Assembly (NCBI GenBank): GCA_031286285.1 | Contig: JAITUN010000100.1 | Coordinates: 222-64,221 of the forward strand | DNA length: 64,000 nucleotides | Source: Bacteroidales bacterium | GTDB lineage: Bacteria; Bacteroidota; Bacteroidia; Bacteroidales; WCHB1-69 | Direction: 5' to 3' | Part shown: positions 8,974 to 18,400 of the stretch, in pieces | Layout: every line of letters starts with the position of its first letter | Numbering within the stretch: the first letter of the stretch is position 1 | The notes under the pieces: generated by a model | Seen by the model: only the letters and a program-made list of their open reading frames with translations | Told to the model about the DNA's origin: nothing | Database searches by the model: none | Position numbers and translations under genes: made by a program

Positions 8974-8981
8974 TATTTTTG
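8974..8981 (+). promoter_or_regulatory. -7 promoter box (TATTTTTG) for the first propeller paralog
   Basis: CTATTTTTGCCAC, 59 nt upstream of the ATG at 9040. Confidence 0.45.
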
Positions 8982-9039
8982 CCACCCAATGAAATTTTTT
9001 AATGAACTTAACTTTTTTAATAACCAAAATTATTTTATT

Positions 9040-11058
9040 ATGAAAAAAACTTTATTTTTTATTTTAGCAGTTGCATTCTGCTTCTCTTTGGCAGCACAAC
9101 CCTATTCAGCCAAAGATTTAAAAACTCCTTTCAAAAAAGCTTACAAAACACTTCGTGGAGGCTCTGTTGAAGAGAATGCTAATTTTGTTCCTTCTCATCG
9201 CCAATCTAATTTGTTGCCTGCAAGTAAAGGCTTTAGTGCAATTATCGGTGAAACATTTTACACAGCTGTTACTAATGGTAATGCCCGAAATACTATTAGC
9301 TGGTCTCCTGATGGGAAAAGTTGTGCAGCCGTATGGACAATAGGGTCAAAACCTTCTTTAGGGTTAGGGGTTCGTGGTACCGGTATTAATCATTTTGATC
9401 AAGAATTATTGGATTGGAATCCTATTCCAAGCCTTGACCCTCTTGACAGAATTGAAGTTGGTAAAGATGACAAATCTTGGAATCCGGGTTGGGGTGGACA
9501 TGTATTCACTGAAAAAGGAGAATGTGTGATTGCCCATATCGCCCCAGAAGGCGCCCTTGTTATTAATTATAAAGAAAATAGAAACGATGCTAATTGGACA
9601 CAATATTTTCTTGTTGGACCGAAACAAGACGCCGGAAGTAATGTTATCCTTTGGCCAACTATATGCGCCGTGGGAGATACTATCCATTTGGTTTGCGTTA
9701 CTGATAACGAAGATGAATTGGATGGCATTTCAACTCATCCCCTTTATTACAGATCAATTGATGGAGGAAAAACTTTCGAAGGCCCGCAATTATTTGAAAC
9801 TATGCCCCTAAAAGACAAAGTGGAAATATTAGGAGATGACTACGTAATTACAGCTCGAGGACAACATGTTGTACTTGCTTATGCTATTGGGCAGCTTCCT
9901 TACATGGAATCATTAGACGGAGGAGATACGTGGACACGAAAACTTGTTTATGACAATGACTGGGATTGGAGTTCGGAAAAATTGTCCGGACCAATTATGT
10001 ACCCTTCTGCTGTTGCAGTTGCTATTGGTGGCGATGATAAAGTACATATTGCTTTTAGCGCTCAAATGCGTCTTAGAGAACCAAATACAGCTCCTTTTTA
10101 TTATGGATACTGGAAAACTCTTTGCGGTCTATTTACATGGAACGACGAAATGCCTATGATTACAGATAAAGAAATGGGAATTGTTCCCTCTGAAGATTTA
10201 CAATATATTGAGGATTATTACTACGACACTTTATCATTCTACATGGACGCCCCCGAATTGCTTGGATTTGATAAATTCTACTTCTGGTCTGGTGATTTTG
10301 ACAATCTGATTAGCGATGCCTATAATAATGCAGGCTATATTTCTGACCCCCGCCTTGTTGTAGTTGATGAAAAAGTATTTCTTATGTACACATCAGTTAT
10401 TGAAGAACCTATGACTTATCCCGGATCTAATGAATATTATAGAGGCGTTTTCTTAACCGTTTCTTATGATAACGGCAAAACGTTTGACCAATATCATAAT
10501 ACTACTTGGTTGACTTATCACCCTGACATCTTTATCGTTGATTGGAGCAATTATGGCGGACCTAATGAAGGTGGCGAAAGCTATGATGGTTATATTGAAA
10601 TTGCGTGTGGATCTGAATGTGGATATGCTTCAATGACTTCCAATGTGATGAATTATACACTGGTATTTACATGGCTAAATGATATTTTCCCGGGAATTGA
10701 CTATACTTGGGCTCCTGATGCTTGTAACGTTTACGCAGGTACTTGCAGAACTTGGGAAGCAGGTAATTATAATAAAACTGATGAAATTTGGAAAGGTGGT
10801 GATATAAAAGTTACTGATAGAAAAATAGAAAATATTAATATCTATCCTAACCCCGTAAATGATAAAGCCACTATTAAAGTGAATACAAATAATCCATACA
10901 CATTAACCCTAACAAATATTATGGGACAAGTTGTTTATTCTATGAAAGGGCAACAAAGTACTGTTGAACTCAACGTGTCTGATTATCCCGCAGGTATCTA
11001 TATAGTTAATGTTAAAACTGCCCATGATTCTGCTTCACAAAAATTGATAGTAAAATAA
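9040..11058 (+). CDS. T9SS-sorted secreted protein with Asp-box (BNR) sialidase-like propeller, paralog 1
   Basis: I prefer the start at MKKTLFFILAVAFCFSLAAQ (9040). Asp-boxes are RSIDGGKTFE, ESLDGGDTWT and VSYDNGKTFD. The C-terminal sorting domain is IYPNPVNDKATIKV...PAGIYIVNVKTAHDSASQKLIVK. Confidence 0.8.
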   Translation: MKKTLFFILAVAFCFSLAAQPYSAKDLKTPFKKAYKTLRGGSVEENANFVPSHRQSNLLPASKGFSAIIGETFYTAVTNGNARNTISWSPDGKSCAAVWTIGSKPSLGLGVRGTGINHFDQELLDWNPIPSLDPLDRIEVGKDDKSWNPGWGGHVFTEKGECVIAHIAPEGALVINYKENRNDANWTQYFLVGPKQDAGSNVILWPTICAVGDTIHLVCVTDNEDELDGISTHPLYYRSIDGGKTFEGPQLFETMPLKDKVEILGDDYVITARGQHVVLAYAIGQLPYMESLDGGDTWTRKLVYDNDWDWSSEKLSGPIMYPSAVAVAIGGDDKVHIAFSAQMRLREPNTAPFYYGYWKTLCGLFTWNDEMPMITDKEMGIVPSEDLQYIEDYYYDTLSFYMDAPELLGFDKFYFWSGDFDNLISDAYNNAGYISDPRLVVVDEKVFLMYTSVIEEPMTYPGSNEYYRGVFLTVSYDNGKTFDQYHNTTWLTYHPDIFIVDWSNYGGPNEGGESYDGYIEIACGSECGYASMTSNVMNYTLVFTWLNDIFPGIDYTWAPDACNVYAGTCRTWEAGNYNKTDEIWKGGDIKVTDRKIENINIYPNPVNDKATIKVNTNNPYTLTLTNIMGQVVYSMKGQQSTVELNVSDYPAGIYIVNVKTAHDSASQKLIVK

Positions 11059-11107
11059 AAAAGTATTTTAATCAAATTATACCATTATTAACCAAATTTT
11101 ATTTATT

Positions 11108-13153
11108 ATGAAAAAAATTTTATTTCTAATCTTTGCTCTGTCAATTTGCTTGTCATTGTCAGCTCAACGTTACTCTTCAACCGATCTCAGAGATATTAAA
11201 TTTAATGCTTTAGCAAATGATGTTGATGGAAGTAATTACGAGGCAAAGTTTGTTCCCTCTCAACGTACATCTTCTTTTATCCCACAAAGCAAATGTGCAA
11301 GTTTTGACATTGGTGAAACTTTTTACATTACAGTAACTAACTGTAATGCCCGTAACACCATTAACTGGTCTCCTGATGGAAAGACTTGTGCTGCAACATG
11401 GACATCAGGAGCGCCTCCCGGAAACCCAAGACCAAGAGGAACTCAAATTAACTATTTTGACGAATCATCTACCTCATGGGGCCCGCTGCCCAGTGTAAAT
11501 CCTTTCGATAGAATTGAAGATCTACCTCTTACCGGAGCTCAACCCGGATGGGGAACCCACGTTTATACTCAAAATGGCGAGTGTGTTATGTCTCACTGTA
11601 CCGACCAAGGGGGTATGGTTGTGAACTATAGAGAAAAAAGAGGAGAAGGAGATTGGACCCAATATATTCTTAAAGGACCAGAACTCAGCAACGGTAAAAC
11701 AGATATCCTTTGGCCCAGTTTATATGCAGTAGGAGACGTTATTCACATGGTTTGTGTAACAAGTAATGATGATGATGTTTTTCTTGATGGAATTCCTACT
11801 TGCCCTCTCTATTTCAGATCTACTGACGGAGGAAAAACATGGGAACCCTATAGAAAATTCGATGAGGTAATGCCGGAAATTGACAGATATGAAGTGTCTG
11901 CAGATGGATATGCCGTTACTGCCCGCGATAATCACGTGGTTATTGCATATACATGTGGTCTAGCAGCTTACTTAGAATCTTTTGACGGTGGAGATACTTG
12001 GGAAAGACATCTTATTTATGACGTAGATTGGAATGGACATTCTGAAGGCGTTTGGGTTGGACCAGCAATGTGCGCACGCTCTATTGGTGTTACTATTGGT
12101 GATGACGACAAAGTACATATTGCTTTTGGCGCCCAAATGCGTCTAAGAGACCCTAATACTTTACCCGGTTGGGTCACTACTTTTCCCGCTTTGTGTGGTA
12201 TGTACACATGGTCGGAAGGACAACCTATGATGAAAACTGAAGACTTTGACTTTAAATATGATTATGATAACGAAAAATGGATTGAATCTGATGGATATAG
12301 ATTAGTACCAAACTTTTTGGATGCCCCTGACCTCCTCGGCTTAGAAGAATTCTACTGGTGGCGTAGCAACCCAGACCAACCGATTGATCTTTTATCAATG
12401 ATTGGAAAATGTTACGGTAATACAGGCTATATCACTTTCCCTCGTTTAATCGCTCAAGATAATAAAGTATATTTAATGTACAACTCCATTATTGAACAAC
12501 CTATGAATTGTGTTGAGCCTGAAAAGTTTTTTAGAGGAGTTTTCCTTACTGTTTCTCACGACAATGGTGAAACCTACAAACAAAATGAAAATACTTCATG
12601 GTTATCATATCGCTATGATATGTTCTTCTGTGATTGGAGTGGGTACGAGGGACCAAACTTAGTAGATACTTCGTATAGTGGCTTTGTTGATTTTATTCTA
12701 TCCTCAGAAAACGGATTCGCTACAATGGCTACAACTATTAGAAATTATTCATTAGTATTTACTTGGCTTAACGATATGTTCCCATTCCCCGATGAAGCTA
12801 CTTGGCAAAATATTTCTTATCGTGTTGTTAGCGAAAACCTAAAACTTTGGGATGCCGGAATTTATAATAATACTCAGGAAGTTTGGAAAAACATGTGGAA
12901 CAAAGTTGAAGAAAAAGAGATCATTGAAAATCTTAATGTATATCCAAACCCCGCCAGCAATAAAGTTATTGTTAATGTTGATAATTTTAATCCATATACA
13001 CTTACACTAACAAATATTATGGGACAAGTAGTGTATTCAACTCAAGGAAAAGGAAAAACAGAAATTGACGTTGCTAAATTTCCTGCCGGAATTTATATCG
13101 TTAATGTTAAAACTGCCCATGCTTCTGCTTCTCAAAAATTAATTGTGAAATAG
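11108..13153 (+). CDS. T9SS-sorted secreted protein with Asp-box propeller, paralog 2
   Basis: 681 aa, collinear with paralog 1 (WSPDGKTCAATWT, RSTDGGKTWE, ESFDGGDTWE, VSHDNGETYK). Sorting domain VYPNPASNKVIV...PAGIYIVNVKTAHASASQKLIVK. Confidence 0.8.
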   Translation: MKKILFLIFALSICLSLSAQRYSSTDLRDIKFNALANDVDGSNYEAKFVPSQRTSSFIPQSKCASFDIGETFYITVTNCNARNTINWSPDGKTCAATWTSGAPPGNPRPRGTQINYFDESSTSWGPLPSVNPFDRIEDLPLTGAQPGWGTHVYTQNGECVMSHCTDQGGMVVNYREKRGEGDWTQYILKGPELSNGKTDILWPSLYAVGDVIHMVCVTSNDDDVFLDGIPTCPLYFRSTDGGKTWEPYRKFDEVMPEIDRYEVSADGYAVTARDNHVVIAYTCGLAAYLESFDGGDTWERHLIYDVDWNGHSEGVWVGPAMCARSIGVTIGDDDKVHIAFGAQMRLRDPNTLPGWVTTFPALCGMYTWSEGQPMMKTEDFDFKYDYDNEKWIESDGYRLVPNFLDAPDLLGLEEFYWWRSNPDQPIDLLSMIGKCYGNTGYITFPRLIAQDNKVYLMYNSIIEQPMNCVEPEKFFRGVFLTVSHDNGETYKQNENTSWLSYRYDMFFCDWSGYEGPNLVDTSYSGFVDFILSSENGFATMATTIRNYSLVFTWLNDMFPFPDEATWQNISYRVVSENLKLWDAGIYNNTQEVWKNMWNKVEEKEIIENLNVYPNPASNKVIVNVDNFNPYTLTLTNIMGQVVYSTQGKGKTEIDVAKFPAGIYIVNVKTAHASASQKLIVK

Positions 13154-13178
13154 AAATAGAGTTGAAATCTTTGAATTA

Positions 13179-13212
13179 AAGAGGAAAACAAAAATGTTTT
13201 CCTCTTTTTTTT
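13179..13212 (+). terminator. Intrinsic terminator after paralog 2
   Basis: 12-bp stem AAGAGGAAAACA / TGTTTTCCTCTT with a 4-nt loop, followed by a T-run to 13212. Confidence 0.75.
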
Positions 13213-13228
13213 GTTCTCTTAAAAAAAC

Positions 13229-13236
13229 TATTTTTG
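13229..13236 (+). promoter_or_regulatory. -7 promoter box (TATTTTTG) for paralog 3
   Basis: CTATTTTTGCACAG, 44 nt upstream of the ATG at 13280. Confidence 0.45.
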
Positions 13237-13279
13237 CACAGTGAAACCAAAAACCTATTATTAACAAAATTTATTTATT

Positions 13280-15301
13280 ATGAAAAAATTTTTATTTATT
13301 ACTCTTGCTTTTGTATTTTGCACCTCAGTATCGGCGCAACCTTACATTTCAAAACATTTTAAGAATGAATGTGCTAAGACTTATTGTAACAAAACTTATG
13401 GCGGCAATGATGACAACCGTTTTGCCCCCTCCCATCGTACTTCTGATTTTATTAATCAAAGTAAAACCCAAAACAATATCTATGGAGAAACCTATTATGT
13501 TATGCTAACCAATGCAAATGCTCGTAACACTGTTAATTGGTCTCCTGATGGCGAAACATGCGCTACTGTTTGGACCTTAGGCGCTCCTCCTATGGCAAAT
13601 CGTCCTAGAGGAACCGGTATTAATTATTATGATTATGCTACTTCAAGTTGGAATCCTATCCCTAGTGTTGACCCTCTTGATAGAATTGAAGAGGGTCCTT
13701 TAACCGCAGCCTGGGTTCCGGGATGGGGTACACACGTTTTTACTGAACAAGGAGAATGTGTGATTGCTCACTGTGTAGCTGAAGGGGGAATGGTTGTAAA
13801 CTATAGAGATAAAAGAGGAGAAGGAAAATGGAATCAATCTTTTCTTATAGGACCCACTCTTAGTAATGGAAAAACGGATATTATGTGGCCCACTACTTTC
13901 GCAGTTGGTAATACTATTCACATGGTTTGTATTACTACAAATACTAGTGACGTTACTTATGAAGGAATTCCAACTTGCCCGCTTTACTACAGATCTACTG
14001 ACGGTGGAAAATCATGGGAAACTGTGAGAACTTTCGATGGAACTATGCCTCTTAAAGACCAAAAAAATATTCAATCCGATGAATATGTTCTTACCGCAAA
14101 AGGAGATCATGTGGTTTTGGCTTATGGATGCGGCAACGCAGCTTATTTAGAGTCTTTTGACGGTGGAGATACTTGGGAATATCATGTTGTTTACGACGCC
14201 CATTGGGATTGGTACTCTACAGGGGAATGGGTAGGACCAATTATGTTTGCATCTACTATTGCTGCAGCTATTGATGATAATGACAAAGTGCATATTACTT
14301 TTGGAGCCCAAATACGCTCTAGAAAACCCGATGACGGAGAGTTGTACTATTGGTACTATTATGCGCTTTGCGGAATGTACACATGGAAAGAAGGACAACC
14401 TGTGATGACAGAAGATGACATGGGAATCGAATTTGATTATGCAAACGATAAATGGGTTACCCTCAATTATGATTTGTTGCCAAATTTTATGGATGCGCCG
14501 GACATTCTCGGCTTTGATCGTTTCTACTGGTGGAGCGATAATGCTCCCGATCTCATAAATAAAAGCTTTGGCAATGTTGGCTATATTTCTCACCCAAGGT
14601 TAATTGCCAAAGATGGAAAAGTATATCTTTTGTATTCTTCTATTATTGAAGAACCTCTGATTAGTAATGAGCCTGATGAGTTTTATAGAGGAGTCTTCAT
14701 GACTGTTTCTAAAGATAATGGCGATACTTATGATCAAAATAATAATACATCATGGCTCTCTTATCACCCCAATCTATTTTGGTGCGATTGGGATTATTAT
14801 GAAGGACCCAACGTAGAAGATACAACTTATGGCGGTTTTATTGAAATTATTACTCGTTCAGATAACGGATACCCCACAATGGCTACATCCATTATGAATA
14901 ATTCATTAGTATGTACCTGGGAAAATGATATTAAAGTATTTCCGGAAGATGCTATGTGGTTAGATTATTCTTTCTCTTTATATGGAAATATATTAAAAAC
15001 ATGGGAAGCAGGTGTTTATAACAGAACCTGTGATATTTGGAAAAACTCTTCTGTAGATGAAAACACGATGATTAAAAACTTTCAATTATTTCCGAATCCC
15101 GCTGAAAATAGGGTTACTGTAAATATTGAAAATACAAATTCTTATACCTTGACTGTTACAAATATTATGGGACAAATAATGTATAGTACTAAAGGACAAG
15201 GCAAAACTGAACTCAATGTGGCTAATTATCCTGCAGGTGTTTATATCGTTAATGTTAAAACAGCGCACGCTTCTGCTTCACAAAAACTAATCGTGAAATA
15301 G
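13280..15301 (+). CDS. T9SS-sorted secreted protein with Asp-box propeller, paralog 3
   Basis: 673 aa, collinear with paralogs 1-2 (RSTDGGKSWE, ESFDGGDTWE, VSKDNGDTYD). Sorting domain LFPNPAENRVTV...PAGVYIVNVKTAHASASQKLIVK. Confidence 0.8.
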   Translation: MKKFLFITLAFVFCTSVSAQPYISKHFKNECAKTYCNKTYGGNDDNRFAPSHRTSDFINQSKTQNNIYGETYYVMLTNANARNTVNWSPDGETCATVWTLGAPPMANRPRGTGINYYDYATSSWNPIPSVDPLDRIEEGPLTAAWVPGWGTHVFTEQGECVIAHCVAEGGMVVNYRDKRGEGKWNQSFLIGPTLSNGKTDIMWPTTFAVGNTIHMVCITTNTSDVTYEGIPTCPLYYRSTDGGKSWETVRTFDGTMPLKDQKNIQSDEYVLTAKGDHVVLAYGCGNAAYLESFDGGDTWEYHVVYDAHWDWYSTGEWVGPIMFASTIAAAIDDNDKVHITFGAQIRSRKPDDGELYYWYYYALCGMYTWKEGQPVMTEDDMGIEFDYANDKWVTLNYDLLPNFMDAPDILGFDRFYWWSDNAPDLINKSFGNVGYISHPRLIAKDGKVYLLYSSIIEEPLISNEPDEFYRGVFMTVSKDNGDTYDQNNNTSWLSYHPNLFWCDWDYYEGPNVEDTTYGGFIEIITRSDNGYPTMATSIMNNSLVCTWENDIKVFPEDAMWLDYSFSLYGNILKTWEAGVYNRTCDIWKNSSVDENTMIKNFQLFPNPAENRVTVNIENTNSYTLTVTNIMGQIMYSTKGQGKTELNVANYPAGVYIVNVKTAHASASQKLIVK

Positions 15302-15321
15302 AAGGAAAACCTGATACAATT

Positions 15322-15353
15322 AAAAAAGGCTGCTCTTTCGGGCAGCCTTTTTT
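15322..15353. terminator. Bidirectional intrinsic terminator between the convergent genes
   Basis: Stem GGCTGCTC / GGGCAGCC with loop TTTC, flanked by A6 on the left and T6 on the right. Confidence 0.7.
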
Positions 15354-15361
15354 GTAAAACT

Positions 15362-15396
15362 ATGAAGAGAAGAAGTTGTAAACAACTTCTCTTCAT
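15362..15396 (-). terminator. Second hairpin directly downstream of the giant ORF
   Basis: About 14 bp (ATGAAGAG..AAGTTG / CAACTTCTCTTCAT) with a 3-nt bulge, 10 nt after the stop at 15406. No clean U-tract. Confidence 0.35.
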
Positions 15397-15405
15397 AGTA
15401 ATGGT

Positions 15406-18400
15406 TTACTTCTTAACAAAGTTCTTGATAACCGATTTGCTTCCTTCTGTAATGCGAACGAAGTAGGTTCCTGCAGAGAGGTTGGCAACGCTAATCTCAA
15501 ATTGAGCTTCGCCGGTTTCATAACTGTTGATATGCATACCCATAGCATTGTAGAGGTCAATAGTTGCCAATTCCGCAGTATTGCGCTCAATAATGATATG
15601 GTTGGTGGCCGGATTCGGATAGAGTTGGTAATCAAGATCAGGATTTTCATTGATATTGGTACAATATATATCAAAATCAATAGGAACGATTTCAGAATTA
15701 CCTGATGAGTAGTTGGCTTGAACACCGGCAGTATATGATCCATTTTTTAAGTTTTCGAACATATATTCAGGTTGTTTAATACCTGCAGCCACAAATTCAC
15801 CATTTAAGAATACTGTAAATGCGGTAAAGTGTTTTCCTCCGGCAAATTCGTGATCCCATGTGAATAGAGCATTGTTGCAAGCAGTATCAATTTTTAAATC
15901 GAAAGGATCTGTAATAATTTCGATAAGCGTTGCAAGATATGCATCCGGTCCTGTTATATCAATTGTAGCAGTATAATCGTAATAACCATCTAAGGTAACT
16001 TCTAAATCATAATTGCCTACAACAACATCGTTGAAAGTTACACTATTAACAGGAACAGTAGCAGTATGCGTATAATTATCATTGGATAAAGTAACAATCG
16101 CGCCGGCGGGGCTATCTCCTGAGTTTGTAGCAACATTAATAATATATTGTACTTTCATCAGTTTTTCAAGCGGGTTAGAGAATGCCGGTGCAGATTCTAT
16201 AAAGCCGTGGTAAACAGTTCTCACAGCCCATTTGTAGGTTCCTGCCGGAACAACAGCCCAAGAGTGGTCGTCATATTCCATAGCATCTACCGCATTGTTA
16301 GTCAAGGTTACCCAAGTTTCAGGATTATTTTCTTGTCCGGGTTGTAAACGCCATAATCTGTATCCAATAACACCTCTTGTGCCTCTTCCTTCCGGAACAA
16401 GATTATATTCTTCAACTTGCTCAACTTCCGATATAGAATATCCCGAATTACTTGGATATTCAGCAAAACTATGAGTAACGTTTTCTGTAACAACATTAAT
16501 TTTATCGCTAACTTCAGTAGGTTCATTGTTAGAAAGAACAATAGACGCTGATTTTCCGGTATTGGTAACAAAAGCTTTAATTACCCAGTTAGCGCTAATT
16601 TGTAAGAATGAAGCAGCATCAATCCATCCGTTAATAGGAGAATCTGCACAATAGAAAAGCATACCTTTTCCGGGCACGTTTGGACCGGCATCTCTACCTT
16701 GCGGATAGCCTGCCGTGTTCACAAGATTCCATCCAATTCTGAGTTCTCTTGTTGCGTCAATAGTATATGGATTAATGTTAAATTCAGCTATTGTACTTTC
16801 CGGATAAGAACTAAAAGGACCTGTTAGAGGGAATGTATATTCTAATGTACCCGGATCTGTAACGGAGGTTCCTCCTTGCCATATTCTGATTTCCATAGTA
16901 TTAATAGCATAGAGCTCGGTACCCATTCCTAAGGCGATTTTGTTTATTTTGTGTCCGCTCACAATACCCAGATTCGCTAAATCAGCCGGAGTAAAACGAA
17001 TGCATGCTGTCATGTCGTTTCCTGCAGTTTCGCTCCAACCTACTCTACCGGCAATATCATCATTAATACACCATTTAATCCAATCATTATATTCGGGTAA
17101 GGTAAGTTGTCCCCAGGAAATATTGGCATAATTATCCAGATCAACAGCTACTACATCGCTTGGCGGATAAGTAATATCATACAATATGATAGTACCCATA
17201 TTGGTATTATTTAAGATATCCCATTCACTTTCATGTTTTGCCCATCCATCTGCAGTAACAGTAAGGGTATAATCTTTTGCCCAAAGAACGCCAACAAATT
17301 CAAATACGCCATACGGACCGGAAACCACTTGATAATTGTCGTATCCTGTTAATTTCAAGGTAGCGCCTTCAATGTAAGTTCCGTCAGAGCCTTGAACCAC
17401 ACCATACACTAAGAATCCGGGACGGAGTGTCATACAGAAATCATGGGTATAATCATTATCTGCAACCACTTCAAAAGGACCCTTAAATTCATCATAGTAT
17501 AAGAATTTGGTAACAGAAAGGGTGTAGTCTGTTTCTGCGGGAACAAACGGGAAACTATAATGTCCGTCAGCATCGGTGTAGGTTACTAAACCGTATTTAT
17601 TCAATTCCACTTTCACGTTAGACATAGGAGATCCGTCTGCGCACTCGGTAATAGTACCATGAATACTACCTGCAGGCACTCTCTTCACTACCATCTCTAT
17701 ATTGGAAATAGTACTCAATGCGGATCCGGCTGTCCAGTTAAACGGAGTAGGATCGCTGTGGTATTCTTGGGAACGACTTGAAGGAGATACAGCAGTTGTA
17801 TAAGCATTTACGTAGTTAAAATATGGGGCATATAAACGTTCGGTGGTAACAATCAAACTGCCGCCTGTGTAGAGGAATGGCTCGTCTAATGTTACAGAAA
17901 GTTGATACAATCCCAGCGGAATTGAGACATTACCTTCATATACTAAGGTGAATTTTTCTTTGGGTTGGAAAGCTCCACCTAAGGTGTTAATATCTGCATT
18001 CGCCAAATATACTTTAACCGGGTGATTTACAATTGCCGATGTTGCGGTATTATTGTAGAACCAGGAGAGTTGTTTAATGAAACCGCCACCGCCTGCCATG
18101 TTAATATCCTGATTCAGATATACGGATTGTGCACCTGAATGGTTGTAATAGAAGTGGAACGGAATGGAAGTTGTAAGAGTACCTACCCATGGGTCGGAAG
18201 GAATATCAATAATTTCGTCTTCGCTGAAAGGTCTAACGGTGATGTTCATAAGCGGAGTAGCGTTATTTACATAAATCTTGTCGCCTTCAATTTCCACGCG
18301 TCCTTTAATCTTCATTGGTCCAATTTGGCTAGTGTTGTAAATAACTGTAAGTTTAACCTGTTTTGTTTCAGTGGGCGCTAACGGTTCGTTAATATGTACT

